Source: Candidatus Latescibacterota bacterium
Lineage (GTDB): Bacteria; Latescibacterota; UBA2968; UBA8231
Length of the DNA stretch: 64,000 bases
NCBI GenBank assembly: GCA_963422735.1
Contig: OY730476.1
Coordinates: forward strand, 2,432,001-2,496,000
Direction: 5' to 3'
Both the position numbers and the translations under genes were made by a program. This document shows positions 28,741-39,186 of this stretch, piece after piece. The notes beneath the pieces were generated by a model. That model saw only the letters and a list, made by a program, of their open reading frames with translations. It did no database searches and was not told where the DNA came from. Within the stretch, counting starts at the first letter, position 1; each line of letters opens with the position of its first letter.

Positions 28741-29907
28741 ATGCTAAGAACAATAGCTCTTTTGGGCTGGCCTCGTCTCTGTAGAGTCGACCTGTTTGGG
28801 CTCTTACTACTCCTGTATCCGCTTCGTTCTGCGGCGTTTCAGTCCGAAGCGGTGATTCTGATCGTGCCCTTCGAGGACCATAGCTATTTTCGCGGTAGCT
28901 GGGATATCAGCCGGGGTATTCCCCGGGTCCTAGGCGAATTGCTCCAGCAGGGTCGGAATATAGTCGTTTTGCCAATGCTCGATTCTTTACAGACAAAAGG
29001 CGAGGACGGTGCCGCCCTGAGTGAGGCCCAAGTGCTCAGGATAGGAACTGCCGCCGGTGCTGATCTGGTTGTGAACGGCGATATCCGCAACTTCTCCATC
29101 AAACGGTTCAATGCAGGTAACCCCTTCCTGGGGGGGTACACCTCCTATACGGCTCTGGTCGAAGTCGAGATCCAATTGCTGCAGCCGCTCTCTGGTCGTC
29201 AAGTTGGAGCGGCGACGGGGAAGGCCGAAATGACGGATCGGGATCTGGGCTTGACCCTTTTGGGAAAACCTACCCGCAAAGAGGCCGCCCTTCTCAAACT
29301 CAACGAGATTCCCTTTGGCGTGGAGCGCTTTTGGCGGACAATCATAGGCAAAGTTACTCTAGATGCACTCCAGCAACTAACTGAAGAAATTGAGGCTAAA
29401 ACCTCCCCACCTCACGCCCTGCAACAGCCGGAACCGAAGATCCTCAGCCTGGAGGGAAAGGAGGGCTTCGTCAATTTGGGGCTGGCGGACAAGATCGAGG
29501 TGGGACACAAATTTGTGGTGTATTCCCGGCGGGAGGAGAAGCGGATCGGAGTCGTACAAATTGCCGAAGTACTGGCTCAGCATTTCTCCCGGATTCTGGT
29601 GCTCCAAGGGCAGGAGAATATTCAGGTAAAGGATATTCTGGCCCCCCCTAGTGCTACTAGGGCACAAACTCCTGCCGTGAGGCACTATCTCAATGCCGAG
29701 AGGCTACATGGGCCGTCTTTTTTTATACTCAATGTGGTCAATCTGTCTCATGCTCTGGGGTCTGGCCACCCATGCCGCAGGTGGGCAGGTGCATTTTGTG
29801 GAGGTGAGCGCAGAGGCGGGTATCAATTTTCACTATACCCACGGCGGCACAGGGCAAAAGTACTTTATCGAGACTATGGGACCGGGGTGCGCGTTTCTGG
29901 ATTATGA
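28741..29907 (+). CDS. CsgG/HfaB/FlgT-like exported protein; true end probably near 29651
   Basis: ILIVPFED...IG.AAGADLVVNGDI..F; C-terminal GFVNLG...IEVGHKF.V beta domain; C7 tract precedes an out-of-frame TAG. Confidence 0.65.
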   Translation: MLRTIALLGWPRLCRVDLFGLLLLLYPLRSAAFQSEAVILIVPFEDHSYFRGSWDISRGIPRVLGELLQQGRNIVVLPMLDSLQTKGEDGAALSEAQVLRIGTAAGADLVVNGDIRNFSIKRFNAGNPFLGGYTSYTALVEVEIQLLQPLSGRQVGAATGKAEMTDRDLGLTLLGKPTRKEAALLKLNEIPFGVERFWRTIIGKVTLDALQQLTEEIEAKTSPPHALQQPEPKILSLEGKEGFVNLGLADKIEVGHKFVVYSRREEKRIGVVQIAEVLAQHFSRILVLQGQENIQVKDILAPPSATRAQTPAVRHYLNAERLHGPSFFILNVVNLSHALGSGHPCRRWAGAFCGGERRGGYQFSLYPRRHRAKVLYRDYGTGVRVSGL

Positions 29908-31441
29908 CAGCGATGGATTCCTCGATTTATACGCAGTCAATGGTCACGATCTGACTCTTGGTGCCGACCCTGAAGAGCGCAATGCGCTCTATCGCAACAA
30001 AGGCAATGGAACCTTCGCCGAAGTTGGGGGCAAGGCCGGGGTGAGAGACGGGGGATACGGCATGGGGGTGACCGCCGCCGATTATGACAACGACGGCGAT
30101 GTGGATATCTACCTCACCAATTACGGTCTGAACGCGCTGTATCGCAACGAGGGGGATGGAACCTTTGCGGATGTCACCAACCAAGCGAGATTGGGGAACG
30201 AATTGTGGGGGACCGGCTGTGCCTTTTTTGACTATGACCACGACGGATTCCTCGATTTGTATGTGGCCAACTATGTCGAATATACCCTCGACGCCCCTAG
30301 AAAGGATCTGACTCCATATGCCGTTGGCTCCCTTGCGGGCGAAGAAGTAGCGCCAGATATCAGGGCCTATCCCAGTCCCGATAATTTTAAGGGCTCTCCC
30401 GATGCACTGTATCACAACGAGGGGGATGGAACCTTTGTGGACGTCACGGTCCAAGCCGGGGTATTCAATCCAGATGGAAAAGGGATGGGCTTGGTGTGCG
30501 GCGATTACGACAACGACGGTGACATCGATCTCTTCGTGGCCAATGACCAAGTAGCCAATTTCCTCTACCAGAACAACGGCGATGGAACTTTTGCGGATGT
30601 AGCTCTTATCGCAGGGGTCGGCTACAGCGGTGATGGGCGGATGGAAGCCAGCATGGGGGCCGACTTCGGGGACTATGACAACGATGGCTTCTTGGATCTC
30701 GTTGTCCCAAATTTTCAGCGCGAGCCTACCAGTCTCTATCGGAACGAAGGCGATGGTCTGTTCGCGTACGAATCAACGCCTTCAAGTATCGGGCGCTATT
30801 CGCTCCCCTATGTCGGTTGGAGCACCGCCTTCTTCGACTATGACAACGATGGTTTGTTGGATATCTTCGTCGCCAACGGCCATACTCTGGACAACGTGAT
30901 TCTTTTCGACGCCTCTACCTCGTATCCCCAGCGCAACCAGTTGTTCAGGAACGAGGGACAAAGACACTTCGCGGAGGTCTCCGACACCTCGGGGAAGGGG
31001 CTGTCCATCTTCAAGGTGAGCCGGGGCGCGGCGTTCGGGGATTACGACAACGACGGCGATGTAGATATCTTCGTGGTCAATTCGGTCGGCCGCGCTGACC
31101 TGTTGAGGAACGATGGGGGCAACGAGTGCAACTGGTTCCAAGTCAGAGTGGTCGGTGTAGAAAGTAACCGGGATGGTGTGGGGGCGAGGATCGAACTCAA
31201 CGCGGGCGGTTTGCTCCAGATCAGGGAGATCAAGAGCGGCTCTGGACTGTACAGCCAAAATGACCTGCACGCTTCTTTTGGGTTGGGGAAGAGTGAGAGT
31301 ATAGAGCAACTCGTCGTTCGTTGGCCCAGCGGCACGGTGGATCGCATGAGTCAGTTAGCCGTCAATCAGCGCGTCGTGATCGAGGAGGGCAGGGGCTGGG
31401 TCGGAGCAGGTGAATGGAACGACAGCAGCCGTGCGCCCTGA
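29693..31441 (+). CDS. CRTAC1 family protein (FG-GAP/VCBS repeats plus ASPIC/UnbV)
   Basis: Repeated DYDNDG.LDLYV.N and LYRNEGDGTF; SNRDGVGARI...SQND...FGLG...VRWPSG. Confidence 0.92.
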   Translation: MPRGYMGRLFLYSMWSICLMLWGLATHAAGGQVHFVEVSAEAGINFHYTHGGTGQKYFIETMGPGCAFLDYDSDGFLDLYAVNGHDLTLGADPEERNALYRNKGNGTFAEVGGKAGVRDGGYGMGVTAADYDNDGDVDIYLTNYGLNALYRNEGDGTFADVTNQARLGNELWGTGCAFFDYDHDGFLDLYVANYVEYTLDAPRKDLTPYAVGSLAGEEVAPDIRAYPSPDNFKGSPDALYHNEGDGTFVDVTVQAGVFNPDGKGMGLVCGDYDNDGDIDLFVANDQVANFLYQNNGDGTFADVALIAGVGYSGDGRMEASMGADFGDYDNDGFLDLVVPNFQREPTSLYRNEGDGLFAYESTPSSIGRYSLPYVGWSTAFFDYDNDGLLDIFVANGHTLDNVILFDASTSYPQRNQLFRNEGQRHFAEVSDTSGKGLSIFKVSRGAAFGDYDNDGDVDIFVVNSVGRADLLRNDGGNECNWFQVRVVGVESNRDGVGARIELNAGGLLQIREIKSGSGLYSQNDLHASFGLGKSESIEQLVVRWPSGTVDRMSQLAVNQRVVIEEGRGWVGAGEWNDSSRAP

Positions 31442-31486
31442 TGTCAGAGGCTCGACTATTATAATATTCGCGAAAGGAGTTTTCCG

Positions 31487-32761
31487 ATGAGATCATGGGC
31501 TTTATCCTTGCCTCTCTTGTGGGCCCTCCCCGGAATGGGCCAAGTATCTCTCTATACCAGCGAACGCGATGGGCAGCCGATATATGTGTTCGAGAATAAA
31601 TACATTAAGAGTGAGATAGCCCATACCCGAGGCCGGTCGCCTCTGAGTTATTTCGACAAAATCGCGGGCGTGGAACAGCTAAGACAGCTTGAACCCCTCG
31701 ACAAAAACCACGGAAAACACTATCCGCACGGCGGTGTCGCCGAATGTGTGCCGTGGACCGGGGGATCGCCCTACATGGGTTACCTATGGACACAACCGTG
31801 GGAGATGACAGCCCGGATCTACGAGCGCCGTGCAGTCTTGGTAGGTGAGGTGACTTTTCTCTACTCTGACCCAGTCACCGGCAAATTGTGCAAACTGAGA
31901 TTCGAAAAGACCACGACCGCTTACGAGGGATCCACGCGGCTGAAGATGGATTACAAAATAGAAAATGTCGGCGCACGGCGCGCCCGCTTTCAACACTGTA
32001 TCCACGGCAGTCCCTGCGTCGGAGGCGAGTGCGACGACAGCGATTATTTTTACGCCCCCGGCAGTCAATGCTGGGTGGTATGGAGCGGACTCATCCCCCA
32101 ATACCAAATCCCGGACCAGTCGTGGCACTCGTGGCCGATACCCGAAGCAGTGGATTTCCGCAGGGGAGGCTCGGGCGGTCTCCAGTTGTTTGTACCGGCG
32201 CTGTGGGGTGTCATTGGGGACGAAGAGAGCCGGCAAGTGATGGCTATGGCCAGCTCTCCGGTGTCTGTCGGGGATAGGGAAATCCCCTCCTACATAGGGT
32301 ATACGCGGGGTGCTGACACATACTACTTAGAGCCCTCGCTGACTCGTCACATTTCCAATCACGCCGACCGCTGGGAGCGGGAGGGTTACTCTGTCGACCT
32401 CGACCGGGGCGAGGTATGCGAATACACCGTGGATATGGCGATGTTTCACGGTGTCACCAAGGAACATATCATCTCTTTGTACAGACTCACAGGAGATTAT
32501 CTGCTATTGGATGAGCCGAGCCTGACCTTTGATAGCGGCAATGGTGGAAAGGCCGTCTTGAAAATGGATATTGGGGTATCGGCAGAAACCGAACTCATCG
32601 CGCAGGATGCGACTAGCGGTGAGTCCCTTTTCACCAAGAGCTTGCTGCCGGGAAAGGTAGCGCGGGTTTCGGAGGAGATCCGGCTACTCGGAGAAGCGGA
32701 AGCCGTCACTGTGATGCTCAGGAACGCAGCTGGGGACCAAGTTATACTAAGCAAAAAGTAG
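31487..32761 (+). CDS. Exported hypothetical protein, galactose-mutarotase-like supersandwich
   Basis: Signal peptide; VFENKYI..EI...G, GG..ECVP, LWTQPW, LKMDYKIENVG, H. Confidence 0.6.
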   Translation: MRSWALSLPLLWALPGMGQVSLYTSERDGQPIYVFENKYIKSEIAHTRGRSPLSYFDKIAGVEQLRQLEPLDKNHGKHYPHGGVAECVPWTGGSPYMGYLWTQPWEMTARIYERRAVLVGEVTFLYSDPVTGKLCKLRFEKTTTAYEGSTRLKMDYKIENVGARRARFQHCIHGSPCVGGECDDSDYFYAPGSQCWVVWSGLIPQYQIPDQSWHSWPIPEAVDFRRGGSGGLQLFVPALWGVIGDEESRQVMAMASSPVSVGDREIPSYIGYTRGADTYYLEPSLTRHISNHADRWEREGYSVDLDRGEVCEYTVDMAMFHGVTKEHIISLYRLTGDYLLLDEPSLTFDSGNGGKAVLKMDIGVSAETELIAQDATSGESLFTKSLLPGKVARVSEEIRLLGEAEAVTVMLRNAAGDQVILSKK

Positions 32762-32831
32762 AAATCGCAATTGTACGACGCAGGACAAAATTGCTGTGGG
32801 GAAATCTGTTAATAGAGGGAGCCAGAGGAAG

Positions 32832-34808
32832 ATGAAAGAACAGAAGCGAAGAGAAACGAGAGTGGGAAACTCCTCTGGGGTAACGGCGAGAGCTTTTTTC
32901 ACCGGTCTGGTGTGCTCGGCACTGGTAGGCGGGGGAACGCAGTACGGGGAAATCTTCCTCAGAAGTTCGCGCATGTCCGATGATTTCAGCACCGGCGGGG
33001 CTCTATTCATTTTCTTTTTTTTGGTGGCCGGCGTCAATGTGCTGTTGAAGCTCATGGGCCCCAGAGTGGCATTCACGCCGACGGAATTGATCCTTATCTA
33101 TGTGATGATGATGACTTCGTGCGCGATCACGGGAATGGGGCTGGCCCACTACCAGATTCCTCTAATGGCGACGCTGCCCTACTTTGCTACGCCCGAGAAC
33201 GACTGGGCGAGTCTGGTGGCCCCCTATGTCAGAGGATGGATGATCATCGAGGATCCACTGGCGTGCAAGTACTTCTTTGAGGGCCTGCCGCAAGGTGAGT
33301 CGATTCCGTGGGCTGTGTGGTTGAAGCCACTGGCCTACTGGAGCGTCTTCTTCGCCGCCTTCTACTTTGTGATGATCGCGCTGATGGTCATTCTGAGAAA
33401 GCAGTGGATAGAGCACGAAAGGCTGATATATCCCATCGTCAGGGTCCCCTTGGACATGATCGGTGAGAATAGCAGGGGCGGTCTATTGGCAGGGTTCTTC
33501 AAAAATCCCCTGATGTGGCTAGGTTTCGCCTTTGCTTCCTTCATCACTTCTTCCATTGGTCTCAATGCGTACTACGATTACTTGCCCTCACTCAATCCCC
33601 TCTATCCCGGCGTCACTATCTCGTTGCTGCGGGAATCGATCCAGTTGCGCTTTATGATCAGTTTCCCCGTGATGGGATTTGCCTATTTGATCAATCAGGA
33701 TGTGGCCTTCGGGCTCTGGTTTCTCGATGTTGTGGTCAAATGCCTAGACGGAGTATTCGATACCCTAGGGGTGTACCTACAATTGCGGGTCAATCACTAT
33801 GGCGGCAGTTCGGGGATATTCTCCTCGACCGCGGTCGGGGCGATGTTGATACTGGTGATCTATGGAGGATGGGTCGCTAGGGGCCACTTAAAAGATGTGT
33901 TTAGAAAGGCGTTTACCCCGGCTCCTGATGTGGATGATTCCGGCGAGATTCTCTCCTATCGGAGCGCGGTGATCGGCACCCTGGTGTCGGTGGTCGTCAT
34001 GCTCGTCTGGCTCAGGGCCGCCGGCTTACCTCTTTGGGCGGGGGGGCTGTTCTTGTTTATCGCCTTTGTGATCTTTATCGCCATTACTCGCATCGTGGTC
34101 GAGGGCGGTATGGCAGCGTGCCGGGCACCCCTGATCGCGCCCAATTTTATGCTCTATGCCGTAGGCACTCCGGCCTTGGGCACTCAGGGAGTGACGGCGC
34201 TGGGTTATACCTACGGGTGGTCTTCGGATATTCGGACCTTTTTGATGGCGTCGATTGCCAACGGGCTAAAGCTGCTGGACGACGAGCGTTTCGAGGGACG
34301 AAAGCGACCGGTGTTTGGCTGTATTATCGCGGCACTGGTCGTATCGCTGATCGTGTCGTTCGGGCTGATGCTCAGGCTAGTGTATGGGGTCGGGGGCGTG
34401 AACATCCACTCGTGGTTCTGCTTGGGAGCAAATTTGCTACCCTTCGACCTAGTATCGACGGTAGTCAGTCGACCGATTGACGTGACTTGGGGGATGTGGA
34501 TGAATATGGGCATTGGCGCCTCGCTCATGGGCCTACTGACGCTATTGCGGCACAAGTTTCTGGGGTGGCCTCTCCATCCGCTGGGATTGACTGTTGCCGG
34601 TAGCCGGGTGATGGACTGGACTTGGTTCAGCATCTTTCTGGCTTGGTTGATCAAGGTCATCGCGTTGCGCTATGGTGGCCCCAAGATGTTTAGGGCCCTG
34701 CGCCCCTTCTTTTTAGGAATGGTACTAGGACAATTCGTCTCGGCAGGTATGTGGACAGTGATTGATGGGCTCACCGGCATGACCGACAATATGATATTTG
34801 TAATTTGA
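32832..34808 (+). CDS. DUF6785/DUF6784-like multi-pass membrane protein (putative transporter)
   Basis: YFATPENDW, IPW..W..PL..W, LRKQWIEHERL.YP, WPLHPLG, WFSIFLAWLIK...YGG, PFFLG..LG. Confidence 0.85.
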   Translation: MKEQKRRETRVGNSSGVTARAFFTGLVCSALVGGGTQYGEIFLRSSRMSDDFSTGGALFIFFFLVAGVNVLLKLMGPRVAFTPTELILIYVMMMTSCAITGMGLAHYQIPLMATLPYFATPENDWASLVAPYVRGWMIIEDPLACKYFFEGLPQGESIPWAVWLKPLAYWSVFFAAFYFVMIALMVILRKQWIEHERLIYPIVRVPLDMIGENSRGGLLAGFFKNPLMWLGFAFASFITSSIGLNAYYDYLPSLNPLYPGVTISLLRESIQLRFMISFPVMGFAYLINQDVAFGLWFLDVVVKCLDGVFDTLGVYLQLRVNHYGGSSGIFSSTAVGAMLILVIYGGWVARGHLKDVFRKAFTPAPDVDDSGEILSYRSAVIGTLVSVVVMLVWLRAAGLPLWAGGLFLFIAFVIFIAITRIVVEGGMAACRAPLIAPNFMLYAVGTPALGTQGVTALGYTYGWSSDIRTFLMASIANGLKLLDDERFEGRKRPVFGCIIAALVVSLIVSFGLMLRLVYGVGGVNIHSWFCLGANLLPFDLVSTVVSRPIDVTWGMWMNMGIGASLMGLLTLLRHKFLGWPLHPLGLTVAGSRVMDWTWFSIFLAWLIKVIALRYGGPKMFRALRPFFLGMVLGQFVSAGMWTVIDGLTGMTDNMIFVI

Positions 34809-34925
34809 GTCCAGGATTGTTGGCAGATAGAAGACCCGGCTCTATTCCGGCTTATGGTGTAATGCTGTAACCTGTGAAAATCAATTTTGTAATTGAGAAG
34901 TTATCTCATAAATGCTAGCAACCCC

Positions 34926-34993
34926 GTAGGGATAGGCTCCTACGCCTAGCCCAACAAAGGACGACCACAGAGACCGAAGAGGCCGATCCCTAC
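34926..34993. repeat. REP-like extragenic palindrome (GTAG type), single degenerate copy
   Basis: GTAGGGAT...ATCCCTAC ends around a GC-rich interior. Confidence 0.35.
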
Positions 34994-35128
34994 ATAAGCG
35001 ACGTATTCAGGGTTATCATATAGCTTCTGATACTCTTTTTGGCAGTTAGGATAAATTCAATAACGCAAAGGAATGTGAGTCGCATTTCGAGTTCGACGAC
35101 GGATGTAGATTTGATAGAAAGGAAACAA

Positions 35129-36418
35129 ATGACCAATAATTGGCTCACGGGAATTTATCTGACTACGGATGTGGTGCTCAAATACCCCGATTATGTCGAG
35201 CGGCTGCGCGATGAGATCGGTCTGAATACGGTGGTTCTCTCCTTTACAGGCCAGCTATCGGAGGAGGTGCTCGCCCTCAGTCCCTATGGGAGACGTACGC
35301 CGACAGAAGTGGAACTGAGCAAGCTCGTTATACGGCATTTCGATGGTCGGCCCATAGACCCACGGGAATACCAGCAGGCCCAGGCCCTGTGCGGTCCCGG
35401 CGTTGGATCCCAAGGCGACGACAAAGCGTTCAGAAGGGCTGTGGGACAGCTAAAGGAGGCAGACCTGAATGTGTGGACGTGCGGAGGAGCTTGGACGATC
35501 CGCCGTCTCATGTTCTGTCCATCGCGGGAGGACGTGCAAGACTGGATTGAAGCCGTGTGCGTGTACTGGGCGACCCAGTACGATCTCGACGCGCTCGACA
35601 TCACCCACTTCCGCTATCCGATGGGCAGTTTTCCCCTAGGACTTTTTGGCTGCACCTGTTCTTCTTGCACAGCCGCCGCCCAAGAGCTTGGCTACGACAT
35701 GGGAACGATGGTGGAGGACTTGAAGCGTGCCCGGGAGGGACTGCGCCGACTCGACGGTGCTCGCCTCGGCGAAGTAATCCGTCTCGGGGTTGGTTTCTTT
35801 GATGTGGTCCACGCGCTCGGTCTGAGGTCGGGGGTACTCGACTGGGTCCGCTTCCGCTGCGACCTGATCGCTCGCAATCTGGCTCGCTTTCGGGCGGCGG
35901 TGCATGCAGCGGCTCCTAGCAAGGTCTTTGGCACCGACACCTACCCGGCCTCCATGGCACTGACGGCGGGCCACGATTACCGGCGCTGGGGTGAGATGGC
36001 CGATTTTGCTAGCCCGCTGGTGTCCCACATTTCCGCCTTTGTCTGCAACACGTTCATCGAGTGGGCCCGCTTTTTGCAGGAGGAGATTCCCAACCTGCAG
36101 GAAGAGGATGCTCTGCAGCTTATCTATCGATTTACGGGGTACGACGGCATGGGGTTGCCGGAGACCATAGCCGCATACGGTGCTGACGAGCCGGCGACGC
36201 TAGCCTATCGGATACCCACGGCCGACTTGGTTTTGCGGGATTTAGCGAAGGCGAAACTGTACCTACCGGCGGACATGCCCTCCTATCCGATTATCCACGG
36301 AGAGGGTTGGCCACCAGAGGCAATTGACCGCATCGCCGACGAAGTACGTCGGCTGGGGCATAGTGGTATCGTATGGCAGGGCACTGCCGAACTGATGGAG
36401 TACGACTTCAAGCGCTAA
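35129..36418 (+). CDS. Hypothetical glycoside-hydrolase-like TIM-barrel protein
   Basis: FCPSREDVQ...YDLDALDITHFRY, GCTCSSC cysteine cluster, W.RFRCD.I. Confidence 0.6.
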   Translation: MTNNWLTGIYLTTDVVLKYPDYVERLRDEIGLNTVVLSFTGQLSEEVLALSPYGRRTPTEVELSKLVIRHFDGRPIDPREYQQAQALCGPGVGSQGDDKAFRRAVGQLKEADLNVWTCGGAWTIRRLMFCPSREDVQDWIEAVCVYWATQYDLDALDITHFRYPMGSFPLGLFGCTCSSCTAAAQELGYDMGTMVEDLKRAREGLRRLDGARLGEVIRLGVGFFDVVHALGLRSGVLDWVRFRCDLIARNLARFRAAVHAAAPSKVFGTDTYPASMALTAGHDYRRWGEMADFASPLVSHISAFVCNTFIEWARFLQEEIPNLQEEDALQLIYRFTGYDGMGLPETIAAYGADEPATLAYRIPTADLVLRDLAKAKLYLPADMPSYPIIHGEGWPPEAIDRIADEVRRLGHSGIVWQGTAELMEYDFKR

Positions 36419-36865
36419 GAAGGTGCGTCAAATCATCGGCCCGCATTTATTAAGGCCCAAATCGTCCGAAAAGACCGGTGTAATCGAAGTGGACCAGCGC
36501 TTTGGTCAGCGTTTAGGAAACAAGGGGCATAGATATGTGGGAAATAATTAAAAGCGGCCGATGATGGTGCCCCTGATCGGCCGTGCTACTTTGTCCCTAG
36601 CCTATTCGATTGAGCACTTGTGGATTTCTGAGCAATTGCCTACCCCTCAACAAGCCTAAGCCGAGTTGGACCGGCCGAACAAGTGCTGCGACAGGGGGGA
36701 CCACCGCCGTAGTCGAAGTGTGCAATCGCGGCAAGGGGCTGCTCAATCTCGCGTTTGACTTGCTGCTGAAACGTTACGATACGCTGCTGATTGAACAGCT
36801 AGAGGAGAATTTTGCAATCAGTTCTAGTTTCATATGGCCTAACAGCCAACATCAGGAGGACGATC

Positions 36866-37801
36866 ATGCTCATAGCCACCAGCAATCAGGTCTTCACTCT
36901 GGAGGGGGAAACGCCCACGCAATGCTTGGCCATCGACGGCATCCGCTGCCTAGACGAGGGCGTCCATTGTTCCGCAATTGGTTTGGCCAATGGTCAAGTA
37001 GTTGTCTTGATCGACGGCCAAGCCCAACCGCAAGCTAATAGCATCGGCGATTCAGTGGAGTGCATCGCCTTGTTGTCCGAGGAGCCGCTGCAAGTGCTGC
37101 TGGGCACCGAGCCGCCCCGCGTGTACCGTCTCGACGGCGATGGCGAGCCGGCGAGCCGGGTAGAATCTTTTGACGCTTTGGAATGTCGCCAAAGCTGGTA
37201 CACGCCTTGGGGCGGGCCACCGGCTGTGCGCAGTTTGGCGCGCAGTGGTGACTGGGTTTTTGCCGATATCCACGTCGGCAGCATCATGCGCTCCCCCGAC
37301 CGCGGCGCTACCTGGGAGCCGGTGACTCCGGACTTGCACGCCGATGTGCATCAGGTAGCCACCGCCCCTAGCCGCGTAGGACGCTTGTACGCCAATACTG
37401 CGGACGCGGTTTTTGCCAGCGACGACTACGGCCGTTCTTGGCAGCATCGGATGGAGGGATTGGAAAACCGCTATGGCCGCGCCTTAGCGGTCCACCCGCG
37501 CGATCCCGACTGCCTGCTGGCCAGCGTCAGCAAAGGGCCTAGTGGTCGCGGGGATGTGCAGGGCAAGCTCTATTATTCAAGTGACGCGGGGCACTCTTGG
37601 ACCCGGGCACTTGCCGGCTTCCCCGAGGTCAGGGGCAATATCGACACCTTTCACATCGCCTTTGACGCCGAGGGGATTGCTTGGGTCGCGGTGGAGAATC
37701 AGCTCTATCGCAGTGAGGATAGAGGCGAGAGTTGGTCTGAATTTTGGCGAGCACCCGCTGCCATGGTCGCCTTGGCCTGCGCCCGCTTAAACGAGGTCTG
37801 A
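36866..37801 (+). CDS. BNR/Asp-box repeat beta-propeller protein
   Basis: RSPDRGATW, SDDYGRSW, SSDAGHSW, RSEDRGESW; AGGAGG RBS. Confidence 0.85.
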   Translation: MLIATSNQVFTLEGETPTQCLAIDGIRCLDEGVHCSAIGLANGQVVVLIDGQAQPQANSIGDSVECIALLSEEPLQVLLGTEPPRVYRLDGDGEPASRVESFDALECRQSWYTPWGGPPAVRSLARSGDWVFADIHVGSIMRSPDRGATWEPVTPDLHADVHQVATAPSRVGRLYANTADAVFASDDYGRSWQHRMEGLENRYGRALAVHPRDPDCLLASVSKGPSGRGDVQGKLYYSSDAGHSWTRALAGFPEVRGNIDTFHIAFDAEGIAWVAVENQLYRSEDRGESWSEFWRAPAAMVALACARLNEV

Positions 37802-37803
37802 AC

Positions 37804-39174
37804 ATGCAACTCCTTCTGACGCTGTTGATGCTAGCCAGTCATTCTACTGCTGGGAGCATGCGTTCGCACTGGCCTGAGTACCACGTAAATCCATTCGTCA
37901 TCCAATTGGACATTCCCGGCCCTACGAACTCTGCCGGCGGCCTCATTGTCGCCGATCTGAATGGCGATGGACGCATGGATTACTTGGTCACCGTTCCAAA
38001 TTACCTTACGGCTCATATCCACGATGGCCGCAAACTCTGGGCAATCGAAACCGACCTCTTGATAGGCGGCTCCGCAGAAAGCATCGGCCTACCCGGCCAT
38101 CACGGTCCAGGTATTCAGGTTACAGACACCGATGGGGATGAACGGGTCGAAGTGCTGTTCCTTACCAAGGATGGCACACTCCACGTAATTGATGGTGCGA
38201 CAGGGCTTGAGCAGTGGGCAGCACAGCCTCCCATTCCCAAAGGGGTCCAACGATGGGAGCATTTGGTCGTAGCTAATTTCCAAGGCGCGGGGGATCGAGA
38301 TATACTCCTCCAAGCCACCAATGCCGAAGGCTACCGCATGGGGCGCTTTCTAGCGGCCTATCGGCTGGCCGATCTCCGTCGCGGACATTTTGCCCCCCTG
38401 TGGGAACGCGACGACTTCGTCTCCTGCGCCCACAACGGCGCACGGCTGGCGGATCTGAATAGAGATGGGCAAGACGAGGTAATCGGCGGCACGGTCGTCT
38501 CTGCCGATGGCAAAATTTTACTGCGAATTCCCTTAAAAGGTCACATTGACTCGATCTTCATCTGCGACGTGCTACCCAAGGTCCCGGGCTTGGAAATCGT
38601 CGCTTTGGAAGAAGGGGGCGGCAATCGCATTTTCCTCTATAACCACGAACAGATCTTCTGGGAAACGCACTTTCGCCATCAAGAACCTCAGAATGCGGTA
38701 ATCGGCGAGTTCGACCTCGAACAGCCGGGCCTAGAGATATGGTGTCGGAGCCGCTATAACGAGCATCAGAAGCCTTTTGTTTTTGACGCACGGGGAGCAA
38801 AGATCGCCGATTACCAGATGGACGATGTAGCACCCGAGGGCTGGACCAAAAGAGGGGTCGAGGTCATCCACAAAATTGATTGGATCGGTGACCGCAAACA
38901 ACTGGCCGCAGCCAAAGAACGCCATACCGCCGGGGATATTGGCATCTTCGATCCAATTAGCGGGCGATTTCTCCACCGCTTCGAGGAAAAGGCCGACCGG
39001 CTCTATGTCGGGGATGTGGCTGGCGATTGGCGCGAAGAGCTAATCGTCTTGCACGGCAACCAACTCCACATCTACTTCAATGAGTCCGAGAATCGGGATT
39101 CTGATCGTCCGAGACTGTGGTCGCAAGACCACTACCGCCGCAGCAAGATGACTTGGAACTACTATAGTCCGTAA
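37804..39174 (+). CDS. Exported beta-propeller protein, rhamnogalacturonan lyase (PL11)-like
   Basis: ADLNGDG.MD, H..RLADLNRDGQDE, GH.D, GDVAGDWREELIV. Confidence 0.65.
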   Translation: MQLLLTLLMLASHSTAGSMRSHWPEYHVNPFVIQLDIPGPTNSAGGLIVADLNGDGRMDYLVTVPNYLTAHIHDGRKLWAIETDLLIGGSAESIGLPGHHGPGIQVTDTDGDERVEVLFLTKDGTLHVIDGATGLEQWAAQPPIPKGVQRWEHLVVANFQGAGDRDILLQATNAEGYRMGRFLAAYRLADLRRGHFAPLWERDDFVSCAHNGARLADLNRDGQDEVIGGTVVSADGKILLRIPLKGHIDSIFICDVLPKVPGLEIVALEEGGGNRIFLYNHEQIFWETHFRHQEPQNAVIGEFDLEQPGLEIWCRSRYNEHQKPFVFDARGAKIADYQMDDVAPEGWTKRGVEVIHKIDWIGDRKQLAAAKERHTAGDIGIFDPISGRFLHRFEEKADRLYVGDVAGDWREELIVLHGNQLHIYFNESENRDSDRPRLWSQDHYRRSKMTWNYYSP

Positions 39175-39186
39175 GATCGGGACACC

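Noticed and set aside
29880-31080. Recurring nucleotide repeats such as GACAACGACGGCGATG and AACGAGGGGGATGGAACCTTTG
   Set aside because: They encode FG-GAP protein repeats; spacing is irregular, so this is not CRISPR
36420-36860. Intergenic hairpins and a short coding-like stretch as a possible ncRNA or riboswitch
   Set aside because: No recognisable family consensus; an Infernal/Rfam search would be needed
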